Assembly (NCBI RefSeq): GCF_016433145.1
Contig: NC_058132.1
Location: 466,087,952 to 466,151,951 of the forward strand
DNA: 64,000 bases
Direction: 5' to 3'
DNA from: Gracilinanus agilis
Lineage: Eukaryota
The translations under genes and the position numbers were made by a program. The first letter of the stretch is position 1. Every line of letters begins with the position of its first letter. The notes below the pieces were generated by a model. It was not told the DNA's origin, did not search any database, and saw only the letters and a list, made by a program, of their open reading frames with translations. Positions 63,420 to 64,000 of this stretch are shown piece after piece.

Positions 63420-64000
63420 GAGCATTTGATTACAAGCGAAGTTCCTTAGAATTCATAGTAGGTATCACTGAAAGTCATTACAACCTACCAGATGGTCCAA
63501 AATGATAAAAAGGCAAAATGACAAATGTTAGAGGGGATGTTGAAAATGGGCTCATTTACACTGATTGTGGAACTACTAATTGGAATTATGCTCAAAGCAT
63601 TACAAATCTGTGTGTATCTTTTGACCCAGCAATACCACTATTATTGCTAAGATGATCACAGTAAAAGGTAAAGAATCTTTATGTTCTAAAATATTTATAA
63701 CATATCTCTTTGATGTGACAAAGAACTAAAAACTGAGGAGATGCTCATCAGTTGGGGAATGGTTAAATAAGTTGTGGCATATGATTGTGATCCAATACTA
63801 CTACATTGTAAAAAATGATAAGGAGGTTAATTTTGGAAGAAAAAAACTTAGGAAGACCAACTTGAAATTATAAAGAATTAAATGAGCAGAACAAAGAAAA
63901 CAAAAAAAGTATATTTTGAAGAATGACTTGTGTATGTCCACCTTTAGAGAAATAACTGATAAATAGAAATAAGTAAGTATAATTTTGTATATACATATAT
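63420..64000 (+). mobile_element. L1 ORF2 end/3' UTR, runs off the window
   Basis: tttgacccagcaataccacta...gttggggaatggttaaataagttgtggcat; similar to 925-2022. Confidence 0.85.

Overview
AT-rich, repeat-dense marsupial DNA, most likely the opossum Monodelphis domestica (inferred from six SINE1_Mdo-type SINEs, MAR1-type SINEs and marsupial L1/RTE fragments). No host protein-coding exon, RNA gene or CRISPR-like array could be supported. The ORF-track entries I could interpret are chance frames or decayed transposon frames. Most of the window is L1, L2, L3/CR1, RTE, MIR and hAT debris with several nested insertions. The main object is a decayed gamma-type (ERV1-class) provirus remnant at ~12.5-20.75 kb (+). 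After the integrase end it carries two head-to-tail ~3-kb units. Each unit starts with the same ~320-bp promoter-like/splice-acceptor/signal-peptide module, carries different env-like cargo, and ends in a PPT-bounded module. Two minus-strand solo LTRs (28218-28995, 50197-51394) suggest this LTR group used alternative polypurine tracts. Also seen: a ~145-bp AT-rich tandem array with an A/B dimer pattern (~57.8-59.0 kb) and two very old LINE reverse-transcriptase fossils. Family names are from pattern recognition, not database searches. Boundaries without a TSD are approximate.
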